From IMG/VR virus record IMGVR_UViG_2728369593_000027, positions 1 through 16,506 of that record: a stretch of 16,506 nucleotides of DNA. The stretch is one strand, 5' to 3'. The translations under genes and the position numbers were made by a program. Below are positions 7,930 through 15,927 of this stretch, piece by piece. This DNA is from a virus. Its lineage: Duplodnaviria; Heunggongvirae; Uroviricota; Caudoviricetes. The notes beneath the pieces are model-generated. The model searched no databases and had not been told where the DNA came from. It worked only from the letters and a program-made list of their open reading frames with translations. Each line of letters begins with the position of its first letter. Position 1 is the stretch's first letter.

Positions 7930-8383
7930 GCAGCAAATCCGGCAGGTCTGCCGCCAGTGCATGGACTGCTGCCGGGCGGGTGAAACATGGCCTCCGGACC
8001 TGGCTGAGTTTGTGGCGCTGATTTCGGAAAGCGGGGCCAATCCATTTGGTCTGACGGTGGATGCTGTGATGGAGGAGTACCGCCGCTGGCGCAATGAGTC
8101 CTGGCGATACGACGGAAGTGATAAGTACCCGTGGTCTCAGCCTGTGCTGTATCACATTTGCCTCGAGATGCGTTCAAAGGGGATTGAACGCCAGATGACC
8201 GAAGGGGAGTTAAAACGGCTTGCAGAACGGCAGCTGACGAAATGGGCAAAGCATGTTAGCAACGGCCTGAGTGTTCCGCCTGTCCGGCGACAACTGGCAG
8301 CACCCAAACGTCCTGCGGGACCAACGCCAATTGAGTTGCTGAAACAGGAATATGAACGCCGGAAAGCGGCTGGGTTTGTCTGA
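7718..8383 (+). CDS. Lambda-P-like replication protein (helicase loader family)
   Basis: 221-aa ORF, ATG at 7718 with AAGGGGGT 5 nt upstream. The C-terminal half (...FGLTVDAVMEEYRRWRNESWRYDGSDKYPWSQPVLYHICLEMRSKG...ELKRLAERQL...) parallels lambda P as I remember it. The 5' end overlaps the initiator reading frame by 212 nt. Confidence 0.7.
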   Translation: MQQHQVEPHHGQFRKFGQHVSSGNVKTDLSATETAWKLWELMGEVYSNRWTQKNGAAPSKLWIAQIGAMTEQQIRQVCRQCMDCCRAGETWPPDLAEFVALISESGANPFGLTVDAVMEEYRRWRNESWRYDGSDKYPWSQPVLYHICLEMRSKGIERQMTEGELKRLAERQLTKWAKHVSNGLSVPPVRRQLAAPKRPAGPTPIELLKQEYERRKAAGFV

Positions 8384-8415
8384 TTTGAGAAGTAATTTTT
8401 ACCGGGAGGAAATTT

Positions 8416-9162
8416 ATGGAGACTGTTTTTGACGCACTGAAAGCGATGGGAAAAGCCACGTCGGTAGAGCTGGCTGCGCGACTTGATATCAGTCGTGAAG
8501 AAGTGCTGAACGAGCTGTGGGAACTGAGAAAGGCTGGCTTCGTTGATAAAAGCGTATACACCTGGCGTGTGGCTTATAACAACGTTCAGCAGGAACAGCC
8601 AGCGCCGGCAGAACTGTCGGAAGAAACCACCACGGCAACAGTCGCTAAAATTTCGGAGTGCGATTTAACTGCGACGGTTGAACAACGCGGACCACAAACG
8701 GCTGATGAGCTGGCTACGTTGTTCGGTACAACATCACGCAAAGTGGCTTCAACGCTGGCAATGGCAATCAGCAAAGGTCGTCTGATTCGTGTAAACCAGA
8801 ACGGTAAATTTCGTTACTGCATGCCGGGCGATAAGTTACCAGCAGAGCCGAAATCCGTGCCGGTAACGGAAAATGATGGTAAAGCCTTTCCTCAGCCAGC
8901 AGGTGTTGCGTTACCAGTACAGGAAGCTGCAACACAGGAAGATATTAAAACAGAAACTGTGGCTGATATTGTGCAATCGTTGCCATCGTTTACTGAAACG
9001 CGAGCGGATGACCTGGTTTTACCATCGCTGCATATGGCAAACCGCGAATTGCGTCGGGCGAAAAGTCATGTCCAGAAGTGGGAGCGAGTCTGCGCCGCGC
9101 TGCGGGAGCTGAACAAGCACCGAGATATGGTTGCCGGGATTTGTCGGAAGTCCGGGCAATGA
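8416..9162 (+). CDS. Hypothetical protein with two winged-helix-like segments (248 aa)
   Basis: ATG at 8416 with GGGAGGA 5 nt upstream. Two segments look like winged-helix DNA-binding units (residues ~1-50 and ~85-135), followed by a basic C-terminus. No family identified. Confidence 0.6.
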   Translation: METVFDALKAMGKATSVELAARLDISREEVLNELWELRKAGFVDKSVYTWRVAYNNVQQEQPAPAELSEETTTATVAKISECDLTATVEQRGPQTADELATLFGTTSRKVASTLAMAISKGRLIRVNQNGKFRYCMPGDKLPAEPKSVPVTENDGKAFPQPAGVALPVQEAATQEDIKTETVADIVQSLPSFTETRADDLVLPSLHMANRELRRAKSHVQKWERVCAALRELNKHRDMVAGICRKSGQ

Positions 9163-10021
9163 GCGGATGGTGCAGGCCTGAAATTATGATACTAACAATG
9201 AAGGTAAAATGCATCGGCAGTCTGATTGGTCGTAGTGAGGCGGCGGTCAGGATGAAAGCCCGGGTTAAGGGAATAAGCCTGATTCTGCGGGGTAATTTTC
9301 ACCAGTCAACAAAATATCCGTAGCGCGATAACGGTCAAAAATCATGGCGCTGACACTTTTGTGCCACTGTAGATGACTGTACCTAAGTTCAGGGGAGAAG
9401 AACACGTCCGGTGGGATGGTCGGGCCAGATTTAAAGGGCAGGTCATGGCTCCAGCCAGTACGCTGGCAATGGAGGCTGCCTGGCTGGAAATTGATATGGG
9501 AACCACGCCACTCAGGGATTTACTGCCGGTCCAGAGAATAAATTCCTGTTACGGTTACACCACTGTGATCTTGCAAGTGCAGGAAAGTAGGTCTACACGG
9601 TAACGCGAGTGCGTGTAACTTTTGATGTTATTTCCGTAGAAACACCGGACAAATTTTCGCTGGCAGGTCATGCTGAAGGTATAAATCTGCAGATTATGGA
9701 CAATTACGGATATCCGGCAAGAGCCGGAAAAAGCATGCCGCCTCTAATTCTCAGTGGAAGATGGACTTGATTATACTCATTGCATTGTCAGAAATAGTTA
9801 TCCATTAAAGGCTGGCTATTCCAAACAGGATGTTGATTACAAAAATGTAATCAACATGTAAGGTTTATACTCTTCAATATGCGTATAATTTTCCTTATTT
9901 TGTTAACTTTAAATAACAAGCTATGCACGAGGTAAAGTCGGATAAGTTTATCTGGATGTAATATATATTATTTGTAGTGTTTATAACTTTATTTCATGAT
10001 AACCAATAAAAGGAGTTTTTT

Positions 10022-10780
10022 ATGAGGAACATAATGGCAGGTTTTTTAATATTCCTGTCTTCTGCTGCTTATGCTGATATCAATCTGTATGGTCCTGGTG
10101 GCCCGCATACAGCCTTGCTTGATGCAGCCAAACTTTATGCCGAAAAAACAGGTATTATAGTGAACGTTCATTACGGCCCACAGAACAAATGGAATGAAGA
10201 TGCCAAAAAAAATGCAGATATCTTGTTTGGCGCATCAGAACAATCTGCTCTGGCTATCATTCGGGACCATAAAGACAGCTTCAGTGAAAAAGATATTCAG
10301 CCTCTTTATCTGCGAAAAAGTATTTTACTGGTAAAGAAAGGTAATCCTAAAAATATCCGGAGTATTGACGACCTGACCAGACCCGGGATTGGCGTAATTG
10401 TTAATGATGGTGGTGGTACCAGTAATACATCAGGCACTGGCGTCTGGGAAGATATTGCCGGACGTAAAGGGAATATAGAAACTGTCGCCGCAATCCGAAA
10501 AAATATTATTTTATATGCGCCCAATAGCGGAACTGCACGTAAGGCTCTTGAGAATCAGCCTGAAGCAGATGTCTGGATAACCTGGGCTGACTGGGCAGCC
10601 AGTAATCCAGAAATTGGTGATGTCGTGGAAATAGCGCCAGACTACGTGATATGGCGTGATATGAACATTACAGTACGTCAGGATGCAAATGATGAAACCC
10701 GTCGATTTGCAGAATGGCTACAAACCGATGAAGCGGCGCCTGCATTCAAAAAATATGGCTGGACCAGGAAAGGCACTTGA
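10022..10780 (+). CDS. Orphan periplasmic solute-binding protein (ModA/PBP2-like) with signal peptide
   Basis: 252-aa ORF, ATG at 10022 with AGGAG 6 nt upstream. N-terminus MRNIMAGFLIFLSSAAYA has a signal-peptide pattern. C-terminal ...FAEWLQTDEAAPAFKKYGW resembles ModA-type binding proteins. No permease or ATPase gene adjacent; AT-rich upstream region. Confidence 0.75.
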   Translation: MRNIMAGFLIFLSSAAYADINLYGPGGPHTALLDAAKLYAEKTGIIVNVHYGPQNKWNEDAKKNADILFGASEQSALAIIRDHKDSFSEKDIQPLYLRKSILLVKKGNPKNIRSIDDLTRPGIGVIVNDGGGTSNTSGTGVWEDIAGRKGNIETVAAIRKNIILYAPNSGTARKALENQPEADVWITWADWAASNPEIGDVVEIAPDYVIWRDMNITVRQDANDETRRFAEWLQTDEAAPAFKKYGWTRKGT

Positions 10781-11118
10781 CATCCTCCACGTCCTTCAGA
10801 ACGTGGATTCTTTTTCCGGATGCCGCGCCAGCGGCATGTAGGGGCAGCTCACAAAACGGAAAAAATTGTACGCTAAGCCTCGCCAGGTGAACTGAATTCA
10901 TTCCGATATGGGAATTCCCATATCGGACGAAAACGGCTTGCTGTAACGGCAGAGTTAAGTAGAATTGCTGCGGGTGCTTGAGGCTATCTGCCTCGGGCAT
11001 GAACACCAACGGCAGATAGATAAAAGCCCCACCCGACTATAAATCGAAGTGAGGCCCCTATATGCTCGTCACATATAGATTGCCTCTTACGGACCGAAAG
11101 GTCAAGGAGAAGCAGGCT

Positions 11119-11274
11119 ATGAAGCAGCAAAAGGCGATGTTAATCGCCCTGATCGTCATCTGTTTAACCGTCATAGTGACGGCACTGGTAACGAGGAAAG
11201 ACCTCTGCGAGGTACGAATCCGAACCGGCCAGACGGAGGTCGCTGTCTTCACAGCTTACGAATCTGAGGAGTAA
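11119..11274 (+). CDS. hok: Hok/Gef-family type I toxin (51 aa)
   Basis: ATG at 11119 with AGGAG 9 nt upstream. Translation MKQQKAMLIALIVICLTVIVTALVTRKDLCEVRIRTGQTEVAVFTAYESEE is a typical Hok (single transmembrane helix, conserved Cys, RIRTGQTEVAVF). An in-frame upstream ATG at 11062 would add 19 residues. Confidence 0.85.
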   Translation: MKQQKAMLIALIVICLTVIVTALVTRKDLCEVRIRTGQTEVAVFTAYESEE

Positions 11275-11342
11275 GAGACCCGGCGGGGGAGAAATCCCTC
11301 GCCACCTCTGATGTGTCAGGCATTCTCAACGCACCCGCATTT

Positions 11343-11369
11343 AACCCGCTTCGGCGGGTTTTTGTTTTT
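11343..11369 (+). terminator. Rho-independent terminator downstream of hok
   Basis: Stem CCCGC (11345-11349), loop TTCG, stem GCGGG (11354-11358), then TTTTTGTTTTT. Confidence 0.6.
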
Positions 11370-11494
11370 ATTTTCAACGCGTTTGAAGTTCTGGGCGGTG
11401 CCGGAATAGAATCAAAAATACTTAAGTAGCGCGCAGGGATAAGAGGGATGGACCCCGAACAGGGGAGTGCTATTTATCTGGAAGGATTCTGTTG

Positions 11495-11755
11495 ATGAAA
11501 ATCGAAGAATTACGTGAAATTTTTACTGAAGATGGCCTCTATACTGTGCGCGTTGAGAATGGTGCTATTGTCAGTCACTGCCGTATTAAATGTTTACAAT
11601 CTAAACAAAGGAAGAGTGGTGCTGCGTTAATTTATTTTGTGGATGAACTTGTGACAGATGGTTTTATTTTGCGTGAAAATGAATTTGTCACATCATTGCA
11701 GTCTCTGAAAGAAGCTGGGCTTAAGGCTGGTTTTTCTGCTTTTGAAGATGAGTAA
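11495..11755 (+). CDS. Rem-like small protein (86 aa)
   Basis: ATG at 11495 with GGAAGGA 8 nt upstream. Occupies the position between hok and the DUF968 gene that rem holds in K-12 Qin; AT-rich codon usage. Function unknown. Confidence 0.5.
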   Translation: MKIEELREIFTEDGLYTVRVENGAIVSHCRIKCLQSKQRKSGAALIYFVDELVTDGFILRENEFVTSLQSLKEAGLKAGFSAFEDE

Positions 11756-11821
11756 ATTCATCTACAATTCAGCACAGGGCTGAACCCCTGTTGAGTAACA
11801 CTGTGCCACCGGAGAAAACCG

Positions 11822-12100
11822 ATGGCGCAAAATTCCAGACCACACAATTCTGATAATTCAGCCGTCTTTGCCAGCAGGCACGGGCGGCGTTCTCATGCAT
11901 TCAAATATGACTGGTACCAGCATGACCCATGCACTGAAGAACAGGCCGAATGGCTGATTCAGAACTACCGCAGGCGTGGGTATGAGTTTAGGAAAGCCCT
12001 CAGCCTCGATTATCGTCACTGGATAATCTACGTCAGGCTCCCTTATTCCGAACGCCCACCGCGTCCGTCCCGCACATTCCAGCAACGCATCTGGAGGTAA
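11822..12100 (+). CDS. Hypothetical protein (92 aa)
   Basis: ATG at 11822 with GGAGA upstream; stop TAA at 12098-12100 immediately precedes the GTG of the next gene, suggesting translational coupling. No family recognised. Confidence 0.5.
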   Translation: MAQNSRPHNSDNSAVFASRHGRRSHAFKYDWYQHDPCTEEQAEWLIQNYRRRGYEFRKALSLDYRHWIIYVRLPYSERPPRPSRTFQQRIWR

Positions 12101-12101
12101 C

Positions 12102-13151
12102 GTGCGGGTATTACTTCGACCTGTTCCGGTACCGGAACTTGGGCTGGTGGTCCTTAAGCCGGGCCGTGAATCCATGCAGGTATTTCATAACCCTCGAGTG
12201 CTGGTGGAGCCGGAACCAAAAAGCATGCGCGGTCTGCCGTCCGGAGTCGTTCCTGCCGTTCGCCAGCCGCTGGCGGAGGATAAATCATTACTGCCATTTT
12301 TCAGCGATGAGCGGGTGATTCGTGCTGCTGGCGGCGCTGGTGCACTGTCTGACTGGCTGTTGCGTCATGTCAAATCCTGCCAGTGGCCTCATGGTGACTA
12401 TCATCACAGTGAAACCGTCATACATCGTTACGGTACCGGCGCGATGGTGTTGTGCTGGCACTGCGACAACCAGCTGCGTGACCAGACCTCTGAATCACTC
12501 GGGCAACTTGCTCATCAAAACCTGTCAGCATGGATGATTGACGTCATACGCCATGCAATGAATGGCACACAGGAGCGGGAATTATCTCTGGCTGAATTAT
12601 CCTGGTGGGCGGTCCGCAATCAGGTGGCGGACGCGCTACCGGAAGCTGTATTACGTCGTTCACTGGGGTTGCGTGCGGAAAAAATCCGCTCCTTGTACCG
12701 CGAAAGCGACATCGTACCGGGAGAGCAGACCGCCACCAGCATACTGAAGCAGCGCACAAAAAATCTTGCGCCGTTGCTTCACACCCACCAGCCACAGAAC
12801 CCAGCACAGGAAAAGGCGGTGGTCAGCATTACCGTTGATCCGGAGTCTCCGGAATCCTTCATGAAACGACCTAAACGTCGCCGCTGGGTAAATGAGAAAT
12901 ACACACGCTGGGTAAAGACACAGCCGTGTACATGTTGTGGTAAGCCAGCAGACGATCCCCATCACCTGATTGGTCACGGTCAGGGCGGAATGGGGACAAA
13001 ATCTCACGATATTTTCACGCTACCGCTGTGTCGGGAGCATCACAACGAGCTTCATGCGGATCCGCTGGCGTTCGAAGAAAAGCATGGTTCCCAGGTTGAT
13101 TTAATTTTTCGTTTTCTTGATCACGCCTTTGCAACCGGCGTGCTCGGGTAA
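12102..13151 (+). CDS. ydfU: DUF968-family nin-region protein (YdfU-like) with C-terminal Cys/His-rich HNH-like motif
   Basis: 349-aa ORF, GTG at 12102 with GGAGG upstream. C-terminus ...CTCCGKPADDPHHLIGHGQGGMGTKSHDIFTLPLCREHHNELHADP... is the Cys/His signature I associate with DUF968/YdfU; sits just before rusA. Confidence 0.7.
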   Translation: MRVLLRPVPVPELGLVVLKPGRESMQVFHNPRVLVEPEPKSMRGLPSGVVPAVRQPLAEDKSLLPFFSDERVIRAAGGAGALSDWLLRHVKSCQWPHGDYHHSETVIHRYGTGAMVLCWHCDNQLRDQTSESLGQLAHQNLSAWMIDVIRHAMNGTQERELSLAELSWWAVRNQVADALPEAVLRRSLGLRAEKIRSLYRESDIVPGEQTATSILKQRTKNLAPLLHTHQPQNPAQEKAVVSITVDPESPESFMKRPKRRRWVNEKYTRWVKTQPCTCCGKPADDPHHLIGHGQGGMGTKSHDIFTLPLCREHHNELHADPLAFEEKHGSQVDLIFRFLDHAFATGVLG

Positions 13152-13163
13152 AAGAGGTTACTG

Positions 13164-13523
13164 ATGCGTATAGAGTTTGTTTTGCCTTACCCGCCGACGG
13201 TGAACACCTACTGGCGACGTCGTGGCAGCACATATTTTGTATCAAAAGCCGGTGAGCGTTATCGCCGGGATGTGGCACTTATTGTTCGCCAGCAGCGGCT
13301 GAAATTAAACCTGTCCGGAAGGCTGGCGATAAAGATTATTGCCGAGCCACCGGATAAGCGCCGCCGTGACCTGGACAATATTCTGAAAGCGCCGCTGGAT
13401 GCGCTGACGCATGCGGGGGTGCTAATGGACGATGAGCAGTTTGATGAAATCAATATTGTACGTGGTCAGCCAGTATCTGGTGGACGGCTGGGTGTGAAGA
13501 TTTACAAAATTGAGAGTGAGTGA
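13164..13523 (+). CDS. rusA: Holliday-junction resolvase RusA
   Basis: 119-aa ORF, ATG at 13164 with AAGAGG upstream. Contains the RusA catalytic region ...PDKRRRDLDNILKAPLDALTHAGVLMDDEQ.... Canonical position before Q. Confidence 0.85.
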   Translation: MRIEFVLPYPPTVNTYWRRRGSTYFVSKAGERYRRDVALIVRQQRLKLNLSGRLAIKIIAEPPDKRRRDLDNILKAPLDALTHAGVLMDDEQFDEINIVRGQPVSGGRLGVKIYKIESE

Positions 13524-13531
13524 GCGTAAAT

Positions 13532-14083
13532 ATGATATATCCGGAAATTACAGGCAAAAGCGGCGAACATTTACGCCTGAACACGCTGGAAGCAGTCTGG
13601 ATCCAGGGGAAATTACGGATGTGGGGGCGGTGGTCGTATATCGGTGGGGGTAAATCCGGAAATATGTTTAACCGGTTACTGGTTTCGAAAAAGCTGACGA
13701 AAACAGCAGTTAATGAGGTTTTACGCAGAATGAAGAAATCCGGGCTGGAAAAACCGGAACTTGAGGCATTTTTTCGGGATATGACAAGAGGAAAGCAGAA
13801 GAGCTGGTTGTCACATTGTACAGACACAGAGGCGTTGATTATTGATCGCGTTATCAGTGAGGTGCTTGGGGAATATCCCGGGCTAATCAATGTTCTCCGG
13901 CAAAGGTACGAAGGACGGGGAATGAGCAAACTGAACATGGCCGAAAGGTTAAATGCAGATCATCCTGATTGGTCGTTGGTTACGTGCAGACGCCGAATTG
14001 ATCAATGGTTGGGGGTATCTGAATTTATGTTATATGCCCCCATGCGCATGGCTTTTGTTACAGAGAAAAATGTTGCAAACTGA
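13532..14083 (+). CDS. Q-like late-gene antiterminator (assigned by position and context)
   Basis: 183 aa from the ATG at 13532 (track ORF begins at an overlapping GTG 13520). Lies immediately after rusA and directly upstream of a short leader ending in a strong intrinsic terminator, which is the Q/PR'/tR' arrangement. Family not verified. Confidence 0.6.
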   Translation: MIYPEITGKSGEHLRLNTLEAVWIQGKLRMWGRWSYIGGGKSGNMFNRLLVSKKLTKTAVNEVLRRMKKSGLEKPELEAFFRDMTRGKQKSWLSHCTDTEALIIDRVISEVLGEYPGLINVLRQRYEGRGMSKLNMAERLNADHPDWSLVTCRRRIDQWLGVSEFMLYAPMRMAFVTEKNVAN

Positions 14084-14162
14084 TCAATAAACTGCTTCAA
14101 TCCGTATAAGCTTCGCAAAGCTGTATCGCGAGGCGAAACGCAAGTTTTTTTCGCACAAGGAA

Positions 14163-14184
14163 GCCACCGGAAGGTGGTTTTTTT
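14163..14184 (+). terminator. tR'-like intrinsic terminator downstream of the Q-like gene
   Basis: Stem CCACC (14164-14168), GGAA tetraloop, stem GGTGG (14173-14177), then T7 (14178-14184). A second T7 run at 14145-14151 follows a weaker stem. Confidence 0.65.
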
Positions 14185-14307
14185 GTGTCCGCGATATACA
14201 GTAGCGCAATAAATTCGCTGGTGGTTATTAATACCGTTCTTTCAGCTTGCTGGCTTTTTCGACAAGAGTTATTGGTGTGTCACGTTAACCGGAAAAGGGA
14301 AAAAGAC

Positions 14308-14505
14308 ATGCTAAAACAGCAGGATATGACAGAAACCGCCAGAGTGGTGTTTAATGAATTAAGCGTTACCGAACCGGCGACAGTCGGGGAGATAGCGCAG
14401 AATACTTACCTTTCACGCGAACGCTGCCAGTTAATACTGACCCAGCTGGTTATGGCGGGTCTGGCAGACTATCAGTTCGGTTGTTACAGACGCCTTCCGC
14501 AGTGA
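14308..14505 (+). CDS. Small hypothetical protein (65 aa), possible winged-helix regulator upstream of the methyltransferase
   Basis: ATG at 14308 with AAGGG 8 nt upstream. The track ORF starts at GTG 14185, directly abutting the terminator T-run with no RBS, so the ATG is preferred. Stop TGA at 14503-14505 lies inside a terminator hairpin. Confidence 0.45.
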   Translation: MLKQQDMTETARVVFNELSVTEPATVGEIAQNTYLSRERCQLILTQLVMAGLADYQFGCYRRLPQ

Positions 14506-14516
14506 AGGCTTTTTTA
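14492..14516 (+). terminator. Intrinsic terminator overlapping the small-ORF stop codon
   Basis: Stem GCCTTC (14492-14497), loop CGCAGT, stem GAAGGC (14504-14509), then TTTTTT (14510-14515). Confidence 0.5.
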
Positions 14517-14655
14517 TTTGTGGTAAATGGGCGGCTGGTGGGTGTTAGGGGCACCCACCAGCCATCTGCTCATGCGTTGGGTTCACAAGCAAACCTCAGG
14601 CCCACTGCTTTGCGCAAAAGCAGAATGAGCCTATCAGAGACAGGCTTAATGATCC

Positions 14656-15705
14656 ATGCTTAATACTGTAAAAATATCCAGTTGTGAGTTAATCAACGCC
14701 GACTGCCTGGAATTTATCCGGTCGTTACCCGAAAATTCTGTTGACCTGATAGTCACGGACCCGCCGTACTTTAAAGTGAAGCCTGAGGGCTGGGATAACC
14801 AGTGGAAGGGCGACGATGATTACCTGAAGTGGCTGGACCAGTGTCTGGCGCAGTTCTGGCGGGTGCTGAAACCTGCCGGAAGTCTTTACCTGTTCTGTGG
14901 TCATCGCCTGGCATCTGATATCGAAATCATGATGCGTGAACGCTTCAGTGTGCTGAACCATATTATCTGGGCGAAGCCGTCCGGACGCTGGAACGGATGC
15001 AACAAGGAAAGCCTGCGGGCGTATTTCCCCGCCACAGAGCGCATTCTGTTCGCGGAACATTATCAGGGGCCGTATCGCCCGAAAGATGCCGGGTATGAGG
15101 CGAAGGGCAGGGAACTGAAACAGCATGTGATGGCCCAGCTGATTTCTTACTTTCGTGATGCACGCGCGGCCCTGGGGATAACGGCAAAACAGATTGCAGA
15201 TGCCACAGGAAAGAAAAACATGGTGTCGCACTGGTTCAGTGCCAGTCAGTGGCAGCTACCGAACGAAAGCGATTATCTGAAATTACAGTCGCTGTTTGCC
15301 CGGGTGGCAGAAGAGAAACATCAGCGGGGAGAACTGGAAAAGTCCCATTACCAACTGGTCAGCACATACAGTGAGCTGAACCGGCAGTATATGGAACTGC
15401 TGAGTGAATATAAAAATTTGCGGAGGTATTTCGGTGTGACGGTGCAGGTGCCGTACACCGATGTGTGGACGTATAAACCGGTGCAGTACTATCCAGGGAA
15501 ACATCCGTGCGAAAAACCGGCAGAAATGCTGCAGCAGATAATCAGCGCAAGTAGTCGTCCTGGTGATCTGGTTGCGGATTTTTTCATGGGGTCGGGTTCA
15601 ACGGTAAAAGCGGCGATGGCACTGGGGCGTCGTGCGATTGGTGTTGAGCTGGAGACCGGACGTTTTGAGCAGACAGTCAGGGAAGTTCAGGATTTAATCG
15701 TTTGA
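14656..15705 (+). CDS. Orphan DNA amino-methyltransferase, beta class (probably N6-adenine; N4-cytosine not excluded)
   Basis: 349-aa ORF, ATG at 14656. Motif IV DLIVTDPPY near the N-terminus and motif I DFFMGSGST near the C-terminus (order IV then I = beta class). No restriction endonuclease gene adjacent. Confidence 0.85.
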   Translation: MLNTVKISSCELINADCLEFIRSLPENSVDLIVTDPPYFKVKPEGWDNQWKGDDDYLKWLDQCLAQFWRVLKPAGSLYLFCGHRLASDIEIMMRERFSVLNHIIWAKPSGRWNGCNKESLRAYFPATERILFAEHYQGPYRPKDAGYEAKGRELKQHVMAQLISYFRDARAALGITAKQIADATGKKNMVSHWFSASQWQLPNESDYLKLQSLFARVAEEKHQRGELEKSHYQLVSTYSELNRQYMELLSEYKNLRRYFGVTVQVPYTDVWTYKPVQYYPGKHPCEKPAEMLQQIISASSRPGDLVADFFMGSGSTVKAAMALGRRAIGVELETGRFEQTVREVQDLIV

Positions 15706-15754
15706 AACGGATGAGATTGCAGAATTAATTACGCACCATTATTATTCTGCTCCC

Positions 15755-15830
15755 GGCCCTTTAGCTCAGTGGTGAGAGCGAGCGACTCATAATCGCCAGG
15801 TCGCTGGTTCAAATCCAGCAAGGGCCACCA
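15755..15830 (+). tRNA. ileZ: tRNA with CAU anticodon, ileX-like (tRNA-Ile2; Met not excluded)
   Basis: Hand-folded cloverleaf: acceptor GGCCCTT/AAGGGCC, D-arm GCTC-AGTGGTGA-GAGC, anticodon loop CUCAUAA, T-arm GCTGG-TTCAAAT-CCAGC, discriminator A, encoded CCA. Very similar to E. coli ileX as remembered. Confidence 0.8.
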
Positions 15831-15837
15831 TCACATA

Positions 15838-15914
15838 CCGCCATTAGCTCATCAGGAAAGAGCGCCAGCTTTCGAAGCTGGTTGCGCGGAGTTCGGGTCC
15901 CCGAAGGCGGTCCA
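15838..15914 (+). tRNA. argN: tRNA-Arg-like, anticodon UCG as folded (argN-like); imperfect stems
   Basis: Hand-folded: acceptor CCGCCAT/AAGGCGG with one A-A mismatch; anticodon arm CCAGC-TTTCGAA-GCTGG; T-arm CGGAG-TTCGGGT-CCCCG with one A-C mismatch; encoded CCA. Begins 7 nt after the previous tRNA. Confidence 0.65.
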
Positions 15915-15927
15915 TTATCTGTATCCT

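Noticed and set aside
7805-8249. Minus-strand ORFs (80-136 aa) inside the P-like gene
   Set aside because: Antisense to a gene with good RBS and family resemblance; Arg/Pro/Ser-rich translations typical of GC-rich antisense frames.
9373-9603. 76-aa plus-strand ORF in the ORF-poor stretch
   Set aside because: No RBS upstream of the ATG at 9373 and no recognisable features; not called, though a small real gene cannot be excluded.
11062-11118. Treating the 70-aa in-frame ORF (11062-11274) as the hok gene
   Set aside because: The conserved Hok sequence starts at the internal ATG 11119, which has its own AGGAG RBS; the extension is reported as an open question in the findings.
12322-13007. Multiple ORFs on both strands inside the DUF968 gene
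   Set aside because: All nested within or antisense to a 349-aa gene with a conserved Cys/His C-terminal motif and a coupled start.
13450-13938. 162-aa minus-strand ORF opposite the Q-like gene
   Set aside because: Antisense to the Q-like gene, Ser-rich translation, no RBS.
14185-14307. GTG start at 14185 giving a 106-aa version of the small late-region ORF
   Set aside because: The GTG abuts the terminator T-run with no RBS; the internal ATG at 14308 has an AAGGG RBS, so the shorter form was called.
14725-15231. 168-aa minus-strand ORF inside the methyltransferase
   Set aside because: Antisense to a gene with clear methyltransferase motifs.
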